49,712 nt of DNA, taken from the NCBI GenBank assembly GCA_033551855.1, contig JAWSUI010000029.1, positions 1-49,712 of the forward strand, read 5' to 3'. The position numbers and the translations under genes are program-made. This document shows, in pieces, positions 1 through 9,869 of this stretch. The notes below the pieces were generated by a model that worked only from the letters and a program-made list of their open reading frames with translations, was not told the origin of the DNA and did not search any database. How positions within the stretch are numbered: the stretch's first letter is position 1; the number at the start of each line of letters is the position of its first letter. The stretch is from Deferrisomatales bacterium (GTDB taxonomy: Bacteria > Desulfobacterota > Deferrisomatia > Deferrisomatales > JACRMM01).

Positions 1-27
1 GAGGGGGGGGGCGGGGGGCGGAACAAC

Positions 28-62
28 TGTTCGATGTTCGAGGTTCAATATTCGAGGTCCGG
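28..62. repeat. Degenerate heptamer tandem repeat (TGTTCGA)x5
   Basis: tgttcga tgttcga ggttcaa tattcga ggtccgg at 28-62, upstream of the threonine aldolase gene. Confidence 0.7.
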
Positions 63-90
63 GGTGAAACCACGACGACGGGACGGGGAC

Positions 91-1161
91 ATGAGGCGGA
101 TCGATCTGCGGAGCGACACGGTGACGTGGCCTACGCCGGAGATGCGGCGGGCGATGTTCGAGGCGGAGGTCGGGGACGACGTCTACGGGGAGGACCCCAC
201 GGTGAACCGCCTGGAAGAGGAGGCGGCCGCCCTGCTCGGGAAGGAGGCCGGGCTCTTCGTCCCGACCGGCACCCAGGGCAATCAGGTGGCCGTGCTGACT
301 CACACGGGGCGCGGCGAGGAGGTGATCGCCGAGGCGGAGAGCCACCTCTTCTACTACGAGGTGGGCGCCGTGGCGGCCCTGGCCGGCTGCCAAGTGCGGG
401 TCGTCCCCGGGGTGCGGGGCGCCATGGACCTGGAGCGCGTGGAGGCGGCCATCCGCGCCCGGAACATCCACTTCCCCCGCACCGCCCTGGTGTGCCTGGA
501 GAACACCCACAACCGGGCGGGCGGAGCCGTGCTGCCCCCGGGGAACGCGGAGGCGGTGGCCGAGGTGGCCCGCCGGCACGGCCTCCCGGTTCACCTGGAC
601 GGCGCCCGGATCTTCAACGCCGCGGTGGCCCTGGGCGTGCCCGCCGCCCGGCTGGCGGCCCCGGCGGACTCGGCGATGTTCTGCCTGAGCAAGGGCCTTG
701 CCGCCCCGGTGGGGTCGGTGCTCGTCGGCTCCCGGGCGTTCATCGCGAGGGCCCGCGTGAACCGGAAGCTCCTGGGGGGCGGCATGCGCCAGGCGGGCAT
801 CCTGGCGGCGGCGGGGCTCGTGGCCCTGCGCACCATGGTGGAGCGCCTCGCCGTGGACCACGAGAACGCGGCGAGGCTGGCCGCGGGGCTCGGGGGCCTT
901 CCGGGCCTCGAGGTGGACCCGGAGGGGGTCGAGACCAATATCATCGCCTTCCGGGTGGCCGACCCGCGCTGGGACGCCCCGGGGCTCGCGGCGGCCCTGG
1001 GGGCCGCGGGGGTGCTCTGCAACGCCATGGGCCCCCGGGCGATCCGGATGGTGACCCACAAGGACGTGGCCCGGGCCGACGTGGACGAGGCCCTGGACCG
1101 GGTCGAGGGGGTCCTGCGGGCCGGACCGGGGGCAGGACGGCGGGGCCCGGTCTACGGCTGA
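91..1161 (+). CDS. ltaE: Low-specificity L-threonine aldolase (PLP-dependent)
   Basis: [43 protein letters not shown] (PLP Lys) and GGGMRQAG motifs. Start set at ATG 91 (MRRIDLRSD). Confidence 0.93.
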   Translation: MRRIDLRSDTVTWPTPEMRRAMFEAEVGDDVYGEDPTVNRLEEEAAALLGKEAGLFVPTGTQGNQVAVLTHTGRGEEVIAEAESHLFYYEVGAVAALAGCQVRVVPGVRGAMDLERVEAAIRARNIHFPRTALVCLENTHNRAGGAVLPPGNAEAVAEVARRHGLPVHLDGARIFNAAVALGVPAARLAAPADSAMFCLSKGLAAPVGSVLVGSRAFIARARVNRKLLGGGMRQAGILAAAGLVALRTMVERLAVDHENAARLAAGLGGLPGLEVDPEGVETNIIAFRVADPRWDAPGLAAALGAAGVLCNAMGPRAIRMVTHKDVARADVDEALDRVEGVLRAGPGAGRRGPVYG

Positions 1162-1189
1162 GTGGCCGGGGGGGCGCTCCGGGAAGGGA

Positions 1190-2269
1190 TCAGTCGGCCA
1201 CCAAGGGGCCCGCCCCCTCCACCGCCTCCAGGGCCCGCGACCGCCAGTCCATCACGGTGGTGTGCACGAACATCCGCTCCGCGAGGTCGGGAAAGTCGGC
1301 GCGGATCACCCCGGCGCCGAGCTCGGAGAGGAAGCGCGCCTTGAGCTCGGCCCTGGCCCGGTCCACCCCGATCTCGTCGTAGGGGACGGAAGCGAAGAGG
1401 AGAAAGCCGTCCGACGGGATCCGCCCGCTGAACATGTTGGCCTCGATCACCCCGGCGGCCTTCCGGATGGGGTCGGCGAGGTTGGGGCTGTACGGGCCGA
1501 TGATCAGGGCGAGATTCGGGGTGTGGAGGAAGTCGAAGCCCCGCCCCAGGCAGATCATCCACTCCCGGTGCTGGATGTCCAGCGTCCGCACCGTCTGCCG
1601 CACCTGGGCGATGCGGTCGAGGTTCCCCTGGAGCAGGGGAAGCAGATCGTCGCGCATCTGGGCGGCCATGTCCGGGAAGAGCGCGCCGAGGCAGGGGGTC
1701 AGCCCCTCGGCGTCCCCGGGTCCGAGGGTCGAGAGGTCGAGCCGCTCCCCGTTCTCGCCGTGCAGGATCAGCGCGTCCTCGTCGGTCTCGAAGCCGCACA
1801 CGACGGGGTAGACGCTCTCGTGGCCGGCGCCGAAGATGTGTTCTGCCTGCCGCTTGACGGCGTAGGTGTGGGCCACCGCGGCCGGGGTATCGTACTGGAA
1901 CCCCGCACAGCCTCGCTGGGGGTCGCCTCGGGAGAAGTGGTAGGTGATCAGGATCAGGACCCTTCGACCCTGTGTCACCATGCGGTGCACGTGGCTGGCG
2001 AGCACCTCGCCGAGGTGGGGCCAGCCCAGGTCGAACATGCCCCCCAGGTTTCGGAAGGGCTGCATGATGCCGGGGGGGGTGTGGGTCGCGACCGGGATGT
2101 TGATCCGCCCGTCCATGCACTTGAGCACGACGATCGCGGTCGGGTGCAGGGCCAGGTGGAGCTGCCGGGCCAGATAGGCCTCCGGGCTGGTGAACTCCTC
2201 GGAGTGACGGCGGGCCAGATCCAGCAGCCACTCGATCCGTTCGCGGATGGGCTTGCCGTGGACGTCCAT
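1190..2269 (-). CDS. Beta-class carbonic anhydrase-like protein (CsoSCA-related type)
   Basis: KCMDGR (Cys/Asp/Arg), FRNLGG and YHFSRGDPQRGCAG (His...Cys Zn ligands with extended spacing). GGAGG-type RBS upstream. Confidence 0.7.
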   Translation of the reverse strand: MDVHGKPIRERIEWLLDLARRHSEEFTSPEAYLARQLHLALHPTAIVVLKCMDGRINIPVATHTPPGIMQPFRNLGGMFDLGWPHLGEVLASHVHRMVTQGRRVLILITYHFSRGDPQRGCAGFQYDTPAAVAHTYAVKRQAEHIFGAGHESVYPVVCGFETDEDALILHGENGERLDLSTLGPGDAEGLTPCLGALFPDMAAQMRDDLLPLLQGNLDRIAQVRQTVRTLDIQHREWMICLGRGFDFLHTPNLALIIGPYSPNLADPIRKAAGVIEANMFSGRIPSDGFLLFASVPYDEIGVDRARAELKARFLSELGAGVIRADFPDLAERMFVHTTVMDWRSRALEAVEGAGPLVAD

Positions 2270-2503
2270 GATGGCCCTCCCTCCCCTCGTGCCGCGCCCC
2301 TCCGGCCGGTTGTCGGTGGTCCCCTGCCCTTCCCCGCGCCTGCCCGCCCGGGTGCTCAGAGTCGGTGAATCGGTCTGCTGCGCGACCGGGTTGCTTCGTC
2401 GGGCGCTCGGGCACTCCTGGCCGATCTACCGGATGTGTCTCGTCGGTCCTTCCCGCGCCCGTGCTCCGGCCTGCCCACGACGACTCTTTCGCGACCTCCT
2501 ACA

Positions 2504-3805
2504 TCAGAACAGAGCCGTCGGGAGGAAGGTCACGATCTGGGGGAAGGCGATGAGGGAGAGGGTCCCAAACACGAGGGCGGCAAGGAACGGCAGGACGCCC
2601 CGGAAGATGGTCTGCAAGGGGATCTCGCGGGCGATCCCGTTGACGACGTAGACGTTGATCCCAACCGGCGGGGTGATGACCCCCATCTGCGTGATGAGGA
2701 CGATGACCACCCCGAACCACAGCGGATCGTACCCGAGCCCGAGGACGATGGGGTAGAAGATCGGGATCGTGAGCATGACCAGCGCCAGGGCGTCGATGAA
2801 GCAACCACCCACGAGGTACATCCCCACGATCAGGGTCATCACGCCCCACCTCGGCAGGTCCAGTTCCGCCACCCAGGTCGCCATCTCGAAGGGGATGCGG
2901 GTCACGGCCAGGAACCGCCCGAAGATCACGGCGCCGGCGATGAGCACGAGCACCATGCAGGACGTCCGCACGGTCTCATACAGGCTCTTGACCAGCCCCT
3001 GCCACGTGATCTGCCGGGCCGCCACCGCCACCACGAGCATCAGGAACGCCCCCACCCCTCCGGCCTCGGTTGGGGTGAAGAACCCGGTCAGCAGCCCGGC
3101 CATCACGAGGCCGAAGACCACAAGGGTCTCCCAGAGCTCCGCGAGCGCCCACAGCCGCACCCGCCAGCTGAACCGCTCCGCCGCGGGGCCGGCGTCGGGG
3201 TGGGTGCGGCAGTGGAACCACACGGCCCCGAGGAAGCAGACGGTGATGTAGAGGGCCGGCACGAGGCACGCGACGAAGAGCCGCCCGATGGACTGCTCGG
3301 TGAGGATGCCGTAGACGATCATGACCACGCTCGGGGGCATGAGCATCCCCAGGCTCCCCCCGGCCGCCACCGAGCCCGCTGCCAGGGCATTGCCGTAGCC
3401 GTACCGGCGCATCTCCGGCAGCCCCACCACCGCCATGGTCGCGGCCGTGGCGGGGCTCGACCCGCACACCGTGCCGAAGGCGGTGCACGCAGCCACGGTG
3501 GCCATCGCCAGCCCTCCCCGCATGGCTCCCAGCCACTTGTAGGCACAGTCGTAGAGCCGGCGGCTGATCCCGGCGTTGAAGGCGATCTGCCCCATCAGGA
3601 TGAAGAGCGGGATGACCGTGAGGCCGTAGGAGGAGAAGACCGAGTAGACCTCTCGGGAGAGGAGGTTGAGAGCCGCCGTGAGGTTGATCACGTAGGCGAA
3701 GCCGGCAAAGCCCACCAGGGCCATGGCGTAGGCCACGGGCATGCCCGTGAAGAAGAGGAGGAGCAGGGCGAGGATCCCTACCCCGCCTGCGGCCAGGGGG
3801 GTCAT
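2504..3805 (-). CDS. dctM: TRAP transporter large permease
   Basis: Multi-TM protein with IPLFILMG, GSSPATAAT, GFFTPTEA and ITPPVGINVYV motifs. ATG at 3805 overlaps the dctQ stop. Confidence 0.92.
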   Translation of the reverse strand: MTPLAAGGVGILALLLLFFTGMPVAYAMALVGFAGFAYVINLTAALNLLSREVYSVFSSYGLTVIPLFILMGQIAFNAGISRRLYDCAYKWLGAMRGGLAMATVAACTAFGTVCGSSPATAATMAVVGLPEMRRYGYGNALAAGSVAAGGSLGMLMPPSVVMIVYGILTEQSIGRLFVACLVPALYITVCFLGAVWFHCRTHPDAGPAAERFSWRVRLWALAELWETLVVFGLVMAGLLTGFFTPTEAGGVGAFLMLVVAVAARQITWQGLVKSLYETVRTSCMVLVLIAGAVIFGRFLAVTRIPFEMATWVAELDLPRWGVMTLIVGMYLVGGCFIDALALVMLTIPIFYPIVLGLGYDPLWFGVVIVLITQMGVITPPVGINVYVVNGIAREIPLQTIFRGVLPFLAALVFGTLSLIAFPQIVTFLPTALF

Positions 3806-4296
3806 CGGTGCTCTCCCCGGAGCCCCAGGCTCGCGGCGGCGGACTGCAAGACACCCGAGCCCTGGACCAGGGCAAGCACCGCAAACGAGCCGGCGATGAG
3901 GTAGATCACCAGATACGTCGGGAGTTGCAGCGTCATCGACACCTCGCCGCTCGCCCGCATCTGCGCCGCATACTCCGCGGACTTCCAGGCGATCGCCCCG
4001 AAGAGGAGCATGGCAAGGCACCCGGTGAGGGCCTCGATCGCGGCCTGGGTCCTGGACCCCACGTACTGGAACAGCAGGTCGACGCCCACGTGGCCCCGCA
4101 CTCGCTGGGTGTAGGGCAGGGAGAAGGCCAGCGTGAGGGTCGCCAAGAGACCCGTGACTTCCACCGCCCCCGTGACCGGCCGACCGGCGGCCCGTCCCAC
4201 CACGTCGACGCAGGTGAGAAGCATCATCGCCGCCAGCGTGACGGCCGAAAACCTCTTGAGCAGCGTGGTGAGGTGCTCGATACCCCGGTCCAGCAT
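3802..4296 (-). CDS. dctQ: TRAP transporter small permease
   Basis: Four TM segments with DVVGR...GAVE and GHVGVDLL. Lies between dctP and dctM. Start MLDRGIE at 4296. Confidence 0.88.
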   Translation of the reverse strand: MLDRGIEHLTTLLKRFSAVTLAAMMLLTCVDVVGRAAGRPVTGAVEVTGLLATLTLAFSLPYTQRVRGHVGVDLLFQYVGSRTQAAIEALTGCLAMLLFGAIAWKSAEYAAQMRASGEVSMTLQLPTYLVIYLIAGSFAVLALVQGSGVLQSAAASLGLRGEHR

Positions 4297-4362
4297 TCCC
4301 GAACCTCCCTCGGGGACGGGCCCGGCGACAACGGCCCTCCCTCCGCAAACACCGCCGCCCGG

Positions 4363-4508
4363 AAGAGGCCCTTCCGGAAACTCAATGGGACAATCCGGGG
4401 CAAGAACGATCTCGCGCAGGGCCGCTGAGACGCGGAGGAAGTCTTGGCCTCTCTCGGCGCCCCTGCGCGAGAACACTATGGTTCGTCGCACCCATAGAAA
4501 ACCCGGAA
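4363..4508. repeat. Dispersed repeat family A, copy 1 (~145 bp, contains a CGCAG..CTGCG palindromic core)
   Basis: Near-identical to 6438-6592 (ccttccggaaac...gcaagaacgatctcgcgcag...atggttc...cgcacccatagaaaacccggaa). Confidence 0.85.
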
Positions 4509-4596
4509 GCTCCCCGGAAGAACCTCCGGGCGGACGGACACCCCGGGCCCCGGCGCGCCCCGGGTCCGGGGCGCGCCGGTCGGAACGCGAACCGGG

Positions 4597-5610
4597 TCAG
4601 CGAACCCCGTGGCGCGCCAGGGCGGCCAGGGTCGCGTCGAGGGCAGCCTTGCCGTCGACGCCCTTCTTCTGCGCCTCCGTCACGTACTCGTCGATGATGG
4701 GCTGCACCGCCTGTTTCCAGCGGGCAGCCTCCTCCTCAGAGAGAGAGATGATCTCGTTGCCCTGCTCCAGGAAGTAAGTCCGGCCCTCCTGGTCGCTCTC
4801 GTCCCACGCCGCCGCGGTCTTCGCGATCCACTCGGCGTTCACCTCATCGATCGCCTTCTGGGCCGCCGGGGAGAGCTGCGCCCACTTCTGCTTGTTCATC
4901 ACCACGAAGAAACTCGAGGTGTACGCCATGGAGAAGTTCTCGGTCATGTACTTGGTGACCTCCCCCAGCCGCCACCCTTTGTTGGCCTCCATGGGGTGGA
5001 GGGTGCCATCCACGACACCCCGCTGCAGGGAGGTGTACGTCTCCGGCATGGGCATGGCCACCGGGGTGCCCCCCAGCGCCGTGACGATCTTGGCGGCGAA
5101 CCCGGTGGCCCGGAACTTGATGCCCCGCATGTCGTCCATGGTCCGGATGGGCCGCGCCCGGCTGTGGACGAGGCCCGGCCCGTGGGCGTGGAGGTAGAGC
5201 ACCTTCACGTCCTCGAGCTCCTTGGGCTTGAGCGCCTCGTAGACCTCGTTCACCACCGCCGTGGCCACCGTGCCGTTGGGGTAGCCGAGGGGAAGGTCCA
5301 GGACCTCCAACACGGGGAACCGGCCCCGGGTGTAGGCGAAGAGCGAGAGACCGATGTCGGAGATCCCGCTGACCACGCCGTCGTACACCTGGTCGGCCTT
5401 CGTGAGGGTCTGGCCCGGGAAGTACTGGATCACGACCTCGCCCTTCGTGCGCTTCTCCACCTCCTTGCACCACTCCTCGGCGAGCTTGCTCTGCACGTGG
5501 GTCGGCGGGAAGAAGTTGGAGTAGGTGAGCGTGACCGCAGCCACCGCGGACCCCGCTCCCAGCACGAGGACCAGGACCGCCGCCCCCAATACCCACCACT
5601 GTCTCTTCAT
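4597..5610 (-). CDS. dctP: TRAP transporter substrate-binding protein
   Basis: Signal peptide MKRQWWVLGAAVLVL, YTRGRFP, GIKFR and LGGTPVAMPMPETYTSLQRGVVDG. AGGAGG RBS. Confidence 0.92.
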   Translation of the reverse strand: MKRQWWVLGAAVLVLVLGAGSAVAAVTLTYSNFFPPTHVQSKLAEEWCKEVEKRTKGEVVIQYFPGQTLTKADQVYDGVVSGISDIGLSLFAYTRGRFPVLEVLDLPLGYPNGTVATAVVNEVYEALKPKELEDVKVLYLHAHGPGLVHSRARPIRTMDDMRGIKFRATGFAAKIVTALGGTPVAMPMPETYTSLQRGVVDGTLHPMEANKGWRLGEVTKYMTENFSMAYTSSFFVVMNKQKWAQLSPAAQKAIDEVNAEWIAKTAAAWDESDQEGRTYFLEQGNEIISLSEEEAARWKQAVQPIIDEYVTEAQKKGVDGKAALDATLAALARHGVR

Positions 5611-5678
5611 CGCAACCTCCTTCTCGGCTCGAGGCCCGCGAAGGCGAGCCTCCTGTTTCTCCGTTGGGCGCCCCAAAC

Positions 5679-5886
5679 CTACAGCGAGAGTTGCGTCAGA
5701 GTCGGGCGCGAAGCCTCCCTGGAGAGCGGGCGGGCGGCCCTGGCACGATGCTCTGGGCGCACCGAAGGGCCGCAGGGCCGCCAGAAACCGTCTCGCGAGC
5801 TGCACGGCGCGTCGGGATCCTGCCCACCGGAGGGAAGGTCTCGCGCCGAACACACGCGCAGAACCGATCGCTTGTCGTAGTACTAG
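5679..5886 (+). mobile_element. ~205-bp MITE-like repeat family B, copy 1
   Basis: Reverse complement of 12680-12889 and 34188-34399. Imperfect terminal IRs CTACAGCGAG...CTTGTCGTAG, followed by TACTAG. Confidence 0.75.
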
Positions 5887-6437
5887 CGCCCGCCGCGGCC
5901 GCCATCCGTTGCGGCCTACTTCTTCGATCAACTGGGGTTTGTTTGCAAGCCGACCCTCCCCTTCGACCGCACCCGAAGGCGGCACCTCGTTCGCCATCCC
6001 CATCCCGTGCCGTGCCCCGGGGCGGCGCTACGTCCCCGGCGCCCGAACCGGAGTCCCCACCGGCGTGCCACGGGGTCTCACCGGGAGGCTGGGCAAGACT
6101 CATCTGCGGCTCCGCACCCGCCAAAGACACCCATTCTGCACGTTTTTGCATTCGAGACTCAAAAAACACGGATTTATAGGTTTCACGGCTGAACGGAAGC
6201 GCCCTTTCCTTCCATCGAGGGGCCGCAGGATTCCCTCTCCTGCCACGCGGACCCGCACGCCCGGAACGTTCCCCGGTCCCCGGGCGCGACTCGCAAGCCA
6301 CCGCGTTTCCCGTGGGGTCGGCGGGAGCGACGGTGTCTCCGCCGCAATCCCCGGCACGGCGACCCGCCGGGAGCACCCTCACCCTCCGGGAACGCCCCAC
6401 GCCGTTCGCTCGTCCGGTCGTCAGCCTCCCGGCCCCC

Positions 6438-6592
6438 AAGAGGGTCCTTCCGGAAACCCAGTGGGTCAATCAGGGGCAAGAACGATCTCGCGCAGAGCCG
6501 CGGGGACGCGGAGGAATTCTTGGCCTCTCCCGGCGCCTCTGCGCCTCTGGGCGAAAACACGATGGTTCCTCGCACCCATAGAAAACCCGGAA
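6438..6592. repeat. Dispersed repeat family A, copy 2
   Basis: Direct repeat of 4363-4508 with scattered substitutions and a small indel. Confidence 0.85.
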
Positions 6593-6993
6593 TCTCCCAA
6601 AAAGGGCCAGGTCTCTATAATCGCATCTGCCTTAGATGGCTTGGAAGCTCGGGGTTTCCGGAGCCGAGAAACAGTGCCTCTCCCAATGTCTCGGTCGCTC
6701 CCCGTCCGTAGCGGCCCGCCTCCGCCCGACTCGCGGGTCGGGCCCCCACAACTCGACGCCCCCGGGCCCCAGGCTCCCCGAGACTTCTCTATACATACTC
6801 TTAGCATGTGCCGATGTGGCCCCAGAAATAGCGAGAATAACGTCAACCACCCAAAACGAAGACCCGGCACCAAGGCGTCGCCCCGCCGTCTCGTCGCCGA
6901 ACCTGCCGAGGACGACCCGAGCGGCGTTCCCTCCCGCGACCGGACCAGGAGCCAGGCCGCCCCTCCGGTAGGCTGGATGGAAACCGTCCGGCC

Positions 6994-7473
6994 TCAGCGC
7001 CCCTGTTGCTGGAGCTCGAGGATGTGCCGAACGAGGCCCCAACGGGTCTCCTCGTCGAGGACGTCGCCGAAGGGCGGCATCTCGAGCTCCGGCAGCCCAT
7101 GGGTGATGATCCAGAAGCGCTCCCCGGCGGTGTAGAAATCGGCGTGCATCGGATGCCCGAAATCTACCGGCGGCGCCGGAAGGACATCGGCCAGCGGGCC
7201 GTCTCCCTTCCCCGCCTCACCGTGGCACGCGGCGCAGTGCTCGGCGTACGCCTTCGCGGCGGTCTCCCGCGCCCCTGGGCTCGCGGGGACGGGAGGCTCG
7301 AGTAGCCCCCCGAGCTCCGGGGGGACCCGGTCCTTCACGGCCTGCATGGCGTCGGCGTGGCCCACCCCCGAACCCGGGGTTCCTTGGTGATGTTGGGCTT
7401 CGTGGGCGGCCGCACCCGCAACGTGCAGCGCACACACCACACCGGCCCAGACGACTCCCCGCGCGATCGTCAC
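6994..7473 (-). CDS. Periplasmic monoheme cytochrome c with His-rich N-terminus
   Basis: CAACHG heme motif, distal Met (EMPPF) and signal peptide. GTG start at 7473 after AGGAGG. Confidence 0.85.
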   Translation of the reverse strand: MTIARGVVWAGVVCALHVAGAAAHEAQHHQGTPGSGVGHADAMQAVKDRVPPELGGLLEPPVPASPGARETAAKAYAEHCAACHGEAGKGDGPLADVLPAPPVDFGHPMHADFYTAGERFWIITHGLPELEMPPFGDVLDEETRWGLVRHILELQQQGR

Positions 7474-7831
7474 TCCGTCACCTCCTCTCCTGTCCACGTC
7501 CACTTCCACCCCCCTCCAGCTTCGGGCTGGACGAGACCGCCCATCGGCGGCGGCAGCCGGGGAGCACGCACGCGCGCAACGGCGCCGCGTCTACCGGTGG
7601 GCGGGCCGCTTGCGCGGCGACACCCGCGCCCTCGCCGAGCCGCGCCCGGCACGGGCACATGCCGACCCAGCGGTCGCCTTCCTTCCCCGCCCGCCCCGCC
7701 CACGGAAGGTTTCGGACCACGAGCAGGATACCTGTACAGCGCGGCTTGGCAAATGGGACCCGGAATGCAAGGCGCTGCAGCCCGGGGGCCGTGGTGCGAT
7801 GCCCGGAACGCTCGTGCAGCCCGCCTCGACT

Positions 7832-8740
7832 CTAGGAGGCGGCAGGATCCTCCGGGGGGGGCGCCCTGCCGTCGCGCACGTCCAGGTGCACCGGGTTGCG
7901 GACGTGGAGGTCGCGTTGCGGAAAGGGAATCTCGATGCGCCGTTCCTTGAACTTGTCCCAGAGCGAAAAGTACAAGTTGCTGCGGAACAGGCCCGGCCGG
8001 TGGGCCAACTCGGTGGTCCAGGCCCGCAGCTCGAAGTCCAGGGAGCTGTCGCCGAAGCCCATGAAGCGCACGTTGGGGGCCGGATCCCTCAGCACGTGCT
8101 CGTCGGCTGCGGCCACCTCCACGGCGACCCGCTCCACCTCCCGCGGGTCGCTGCCGTAGCTCACGCCGAACGGCACGCGGATGCGCACCCTCCTGTCGCC
8201 GTGACTGAGATTGACGACCTGCCTGGAAATGAACTGCTCGTTCGGGATAATCATGTCGATGTTGTCGTTGGTCCGGACCGTGGTGCTGCGCCCCCCGATG
8301 CGCACCACGTCTCCCTGGACGCCCGCGACTTCCACCCGGTCGCCGAGTTGGATCGGCCGCTCCGCCAGGATGATCAGACCGCTGATGAAGTTGCTCACGA
8401 TGTTCTGCAGCCCGAACCCGATACCGATGCCCAGGGCGCCGGCGAGAACGGTCAGGGTGGTGAGGTCGATGCCGAGTGTCTGCAGGACGACCGTGAACCC
8501 GAGCACCAGGACCAGATACCCGGCCAGCCGGGCAATGGCGTCCTTTTGGCCCATCCCGAGCGGCACCCGAAGCAGCACGCGTGCCAGCAGCCCGCGTCGA
8601 ACGGCGCGGGCCGCCAGCAGGACGAGGGTGATCAGGACCAGGGTCTGTGCCACGCTGGCCAGCGACACCGGCGTTTCCCCGAGGTGGAACAGGGGGCGGG
8701 TGAAGACCCCCAGAATCTGCGACCAATCCATGCGCGTCAC
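7832..8740 (-). CDS. Small-conductance mechanosensitive channel (MscS family)
   Basis: GALGIGIGFGLQNIVSNFISG, ERPIQLGD, IIPN and IEIPFPQRDLH motifs. Confidence 0.93.
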   Translation of the reverse strand: MTRMDWSQILGVFTRPLFHLGETPVSLASVAQTLVLITLVLLAARAVRRGLLARVLLRVPLGMGQKDAIARLAGYLVLVLGFTVVLQTLGIDLTTLTVLAGALGIGIGFGLQNIVSNFISGLIILAERPIQLGDRVEVAGVQGDVVRIGGRSTTVRTNDNIDMIIPNEQFISRQVVNLSHGDRRVRIRVPFGVSYGSDPREVERVAVEVAAADEHVLRDPAPNVRFMGFGDSSLDFELRAWTTELAHRPGLFRSNLYFSLWDKFKERRIEIPFPQRDLHVRNPVHLDVRDGRAPPPEDPAAS

Positions 8741-8869
8741 TCCCCTCCGGCAGGATGAGGCCCCCTTCCGCGGCTTTTCAATGTGAGCGGGGGCCCGGCA
8801 GGGGTTGGCGTCCGCGAAGGAACCCGCGGGCCCGGCTCACGCACTGCCTCCGCGACGACGCCTTCCTTC

Positions 8870-8898
8870 TTGACAGTCTTCCCGTGGGCTCGCATATT
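8870..8898 (+). promoter_or_regulatory. Putative sigma70 promoter of the IclR gene
   Basis: TTGACA (8870-8875), 17-nt spacer, CATATT (8893-8898). ATG follows at 8936. Confidence 0.55.
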
Positions 8899-8935
8899 TC
8901 GCATGGCGTCTGTTCGTTTCGAAGAGTGGAACATC

Positions 8936-9736
8936 ATGGCCAAAGGTCCCGGCGTCCGCCCCGAAGGGCGGGCCCGCTACACCGTGCGGGCGATCGAGCG
9001 CGCCATCTCCATCCTCAACGCGTTCTCGTTCGACGAGCGGGAGCTGTCCCTGGGCAGCCTGACCGAGAAGACGGCCCTCTCCAAGCCCACGGTGTTCCGG
9101 ATCCTTTCCACCCTCGAGAGCCACGGCTACGTCTCGCAGGACCCCGCTCGCGGATCTTACCGGCTGGGGTCGAAGTTCTTGGAGCTGGGCGGCTTGGCCC
9201 TCTCCTCCGTCGGCCCGCGCAATGCCGCCCGGCCTCACTTGGACCGCCTCCGGGCGGAGTTACGGGTGACGATCCTGTTCGGGGTCCTGATCGACGATCA
9301 GCTGGTCTACGTCGACAAGCGGGAGAGCGAGGGGCCGATTCGGATCGTCTCAGACGTGGGGCTTCGACGCAATCCCAACTACGGCATGCTGGGCATGGCC
9401 CTCATGGCCTTCCTCGAGGACGCGGAGGCCGAGCGGTTGCTGGCGCGTTTTCCCCTCGAGCCATACACCCGCTTCAGCCTGACGGACCCGGAGGCCTTCC
9501 GCCGGCGGCTTCGAGAGGTGCGCCGAGAGGGCTACGCGGTGGAGACCAACGAGGCGATCGAAGGGGTCTGGGGAGTCGCCGCCCCGGTCCGGGATGCCCG
9601 GCGCGAGGTCGTTGCCGCCGTCGGTGCAGCATCGCCGCTGGGCGAGAAGTCGGAGCGACGGGTGGCCGAGGTCACCGAGCGGGTCCGCGCCTGCGCTTGC
9701 GCCATCTCCGAGGCCATGGGTTTCCCTGCCGATTGA
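8936..9736 (+). CDS. IclR-family transcriptional regulator
   Basis: VRAIERAISIL...LSKPTVFRILSTLESHGYV HTH. C-terminal VRREGYAVETNEAIEGVWGVAAPV. Confidence 0.92.
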   Translation: MAKGPGVRPEGRARYTVRAIERAISILNAFSFDERELSLGSLTEKTALSKPTVFRILSTLESHGYVSQDPARGSYRLGSKFLELGGLALSSVGPRNAARPHLDRLRAELRVTILFGVLIDDQLVYVDKRESEGPIRIVSDVGLRRNPNYGMLGMALMAFLEDAEAERLLARFPLEPYTRFSLTDPEAFRRRLREVRREGYAVETNEAIEGVWGVAAPVRDARREVVAAVGAASPLGEKSERRVAEVTERVRACACAISEAMGFPAD

Positions 9737-9869
9737 ATCCCCCGGGGCCGCGACACGGAAGGCGTGGGCCGTGACGGCGCCGACCGCGCAGGCGGGTGAC
9801 GCGTTCCCGACGCGGGCTGCCCCCCCGGCCCCGGCTCACCCCCTCGGCCCCGGCTCACCCCCCCGGATC

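Noticed and set aside
1190..2269. Carboxysome locus
   Set aside because: No RuBisCO or BMC shell genes in the window
5887..6993. Protein-coding gene in the dctP-cytochrome c spacer
   Set aside because: The ORFs run through repeat elements and lack RBS or motif support; treated as non-coding/regulatory
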